64,000 nt of DNA from positions 277-64,276 of the forward strand of contig CACHOW010000002.1 of assembly GCA_902581695.1 (NCBI GenBank). Direction: 5' to 3'. The stretch's first letter is position 1; every line of letters begins with the position of its first letter. The DNA is from an uncultured Pelagibacteraceae bacterium (GTDB lineage Bacteria; Pseudomonadota; Alphaproteobacteria; Pelagibacterales; Pelagibacteraceae). Both the position numbers and the translations under genes were made by a program. Of the stretch, positions 63,695 to 64,000 are shown piece after piece. The notes below the pieces were generated by a model. That model saw only the letters and a program-made list of their open reading frames with translations, was not told the DNA's origin and did not search any database.

Positions 63695-64000
63695 TCAAAA
63701 ATTATCCTTTAAATCTCTCAACTTTGAAAAGGTTTGTAAATCATCTGCTTTAAGAAATATATTGCACTGTAATTCTTCATCTAAGTTAGAAGGGATAGTT
63801 GGTAATCCATTTCTAAGTTTTTCTTTAATTTTAGTGATTTTGTTTTTAAGCTGTAGGTTATTAGTATCATAGCTTGCACAAAAATTTGAATTTTGAAGTG
63901 TATATTCATGTCCACAGTAAATTTCAGTATCCTTCGGAAGTGATTTAATTTTTTTTAATGAGTTAAACATTTGTTCATATGTTCCTTCAAAAATTCTACC
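63695..64000 (-). CDS. gloB: Hydroxyacylglutathione hydrolase (glyoxalase II), C-terminal part; 5' end outside window
   Basis: GRIFEGTYEQM..SL, YCGHEYT..N..F, PTIPS.L..E...N.FL, LRDLKDNF. Confidence 0.93.
   Translation of the reverse strand, partial: GRIFEGTYEQMFNSLKKIKSLPKDTEIYCGHEYTLQNSNFCASYDTNNLQLKNKITKIKEKLRNGLPTIPSNLDEELQCNIFLKADDLQTFSKLRDLKDNF

Overview
AT-rich (roughly 30% GC by eye), extremely gene-dense alphaproteobacterial chromosome segment. Gene order, near-zero intergenic spacing and the dmdC-dmdB-hydrolase-dmdA cluster point to SAR11/Pelagibacterales (inference). In order it holds: the end of a cytochrome c maturation operon (ccmE/F/G/H); a PagL-like outer-membrane protein; a 2-hydroxy/2-oxo-acid cluster (two FMN alpha-hydroxy-acid oxidases, PLP aminotransferase, FAD D-2-hydroxy-acid dehydrogenase, NAD 2-hydroxy-acid dehydrogenase, TRAP transporter, amidase, DMT); dapF-ftsY; a structured ffh leader RNA; ffh-rpsP-trmD-rplS-leuCDB; the DMSP demethylation genes; asd-sdhCDAB; a ~7 kb catabolic module (IclR, CoA-acylating (methyl)malonate-semialdehyde dehydrogenase, Fe-ADH, second TRAP system); mdh-sucCDAB-lpdA-priA; atpHAGDC; and, on the minus strand, gloB(partial)-rplU-rpmA-obgE-proBA-nadD-rsfS-ctpA-rppH. 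I saw no tRNA, rRNA, CRISPR array or mobile-element gene. Two observations stand out. (1) SdhC and SdhD have both lost the canonical heme-b axial histidines while keeping the quinone-site residues, suggesting a heme-free complex II. (2) The module between sdhB and mdh resembles a dddB/dddC-type 3-hydroxypropionate uptake and oxidation system, close to the DMSP demethylation genes. All product calls come from recognised motifs and synteny; no database searches were run.
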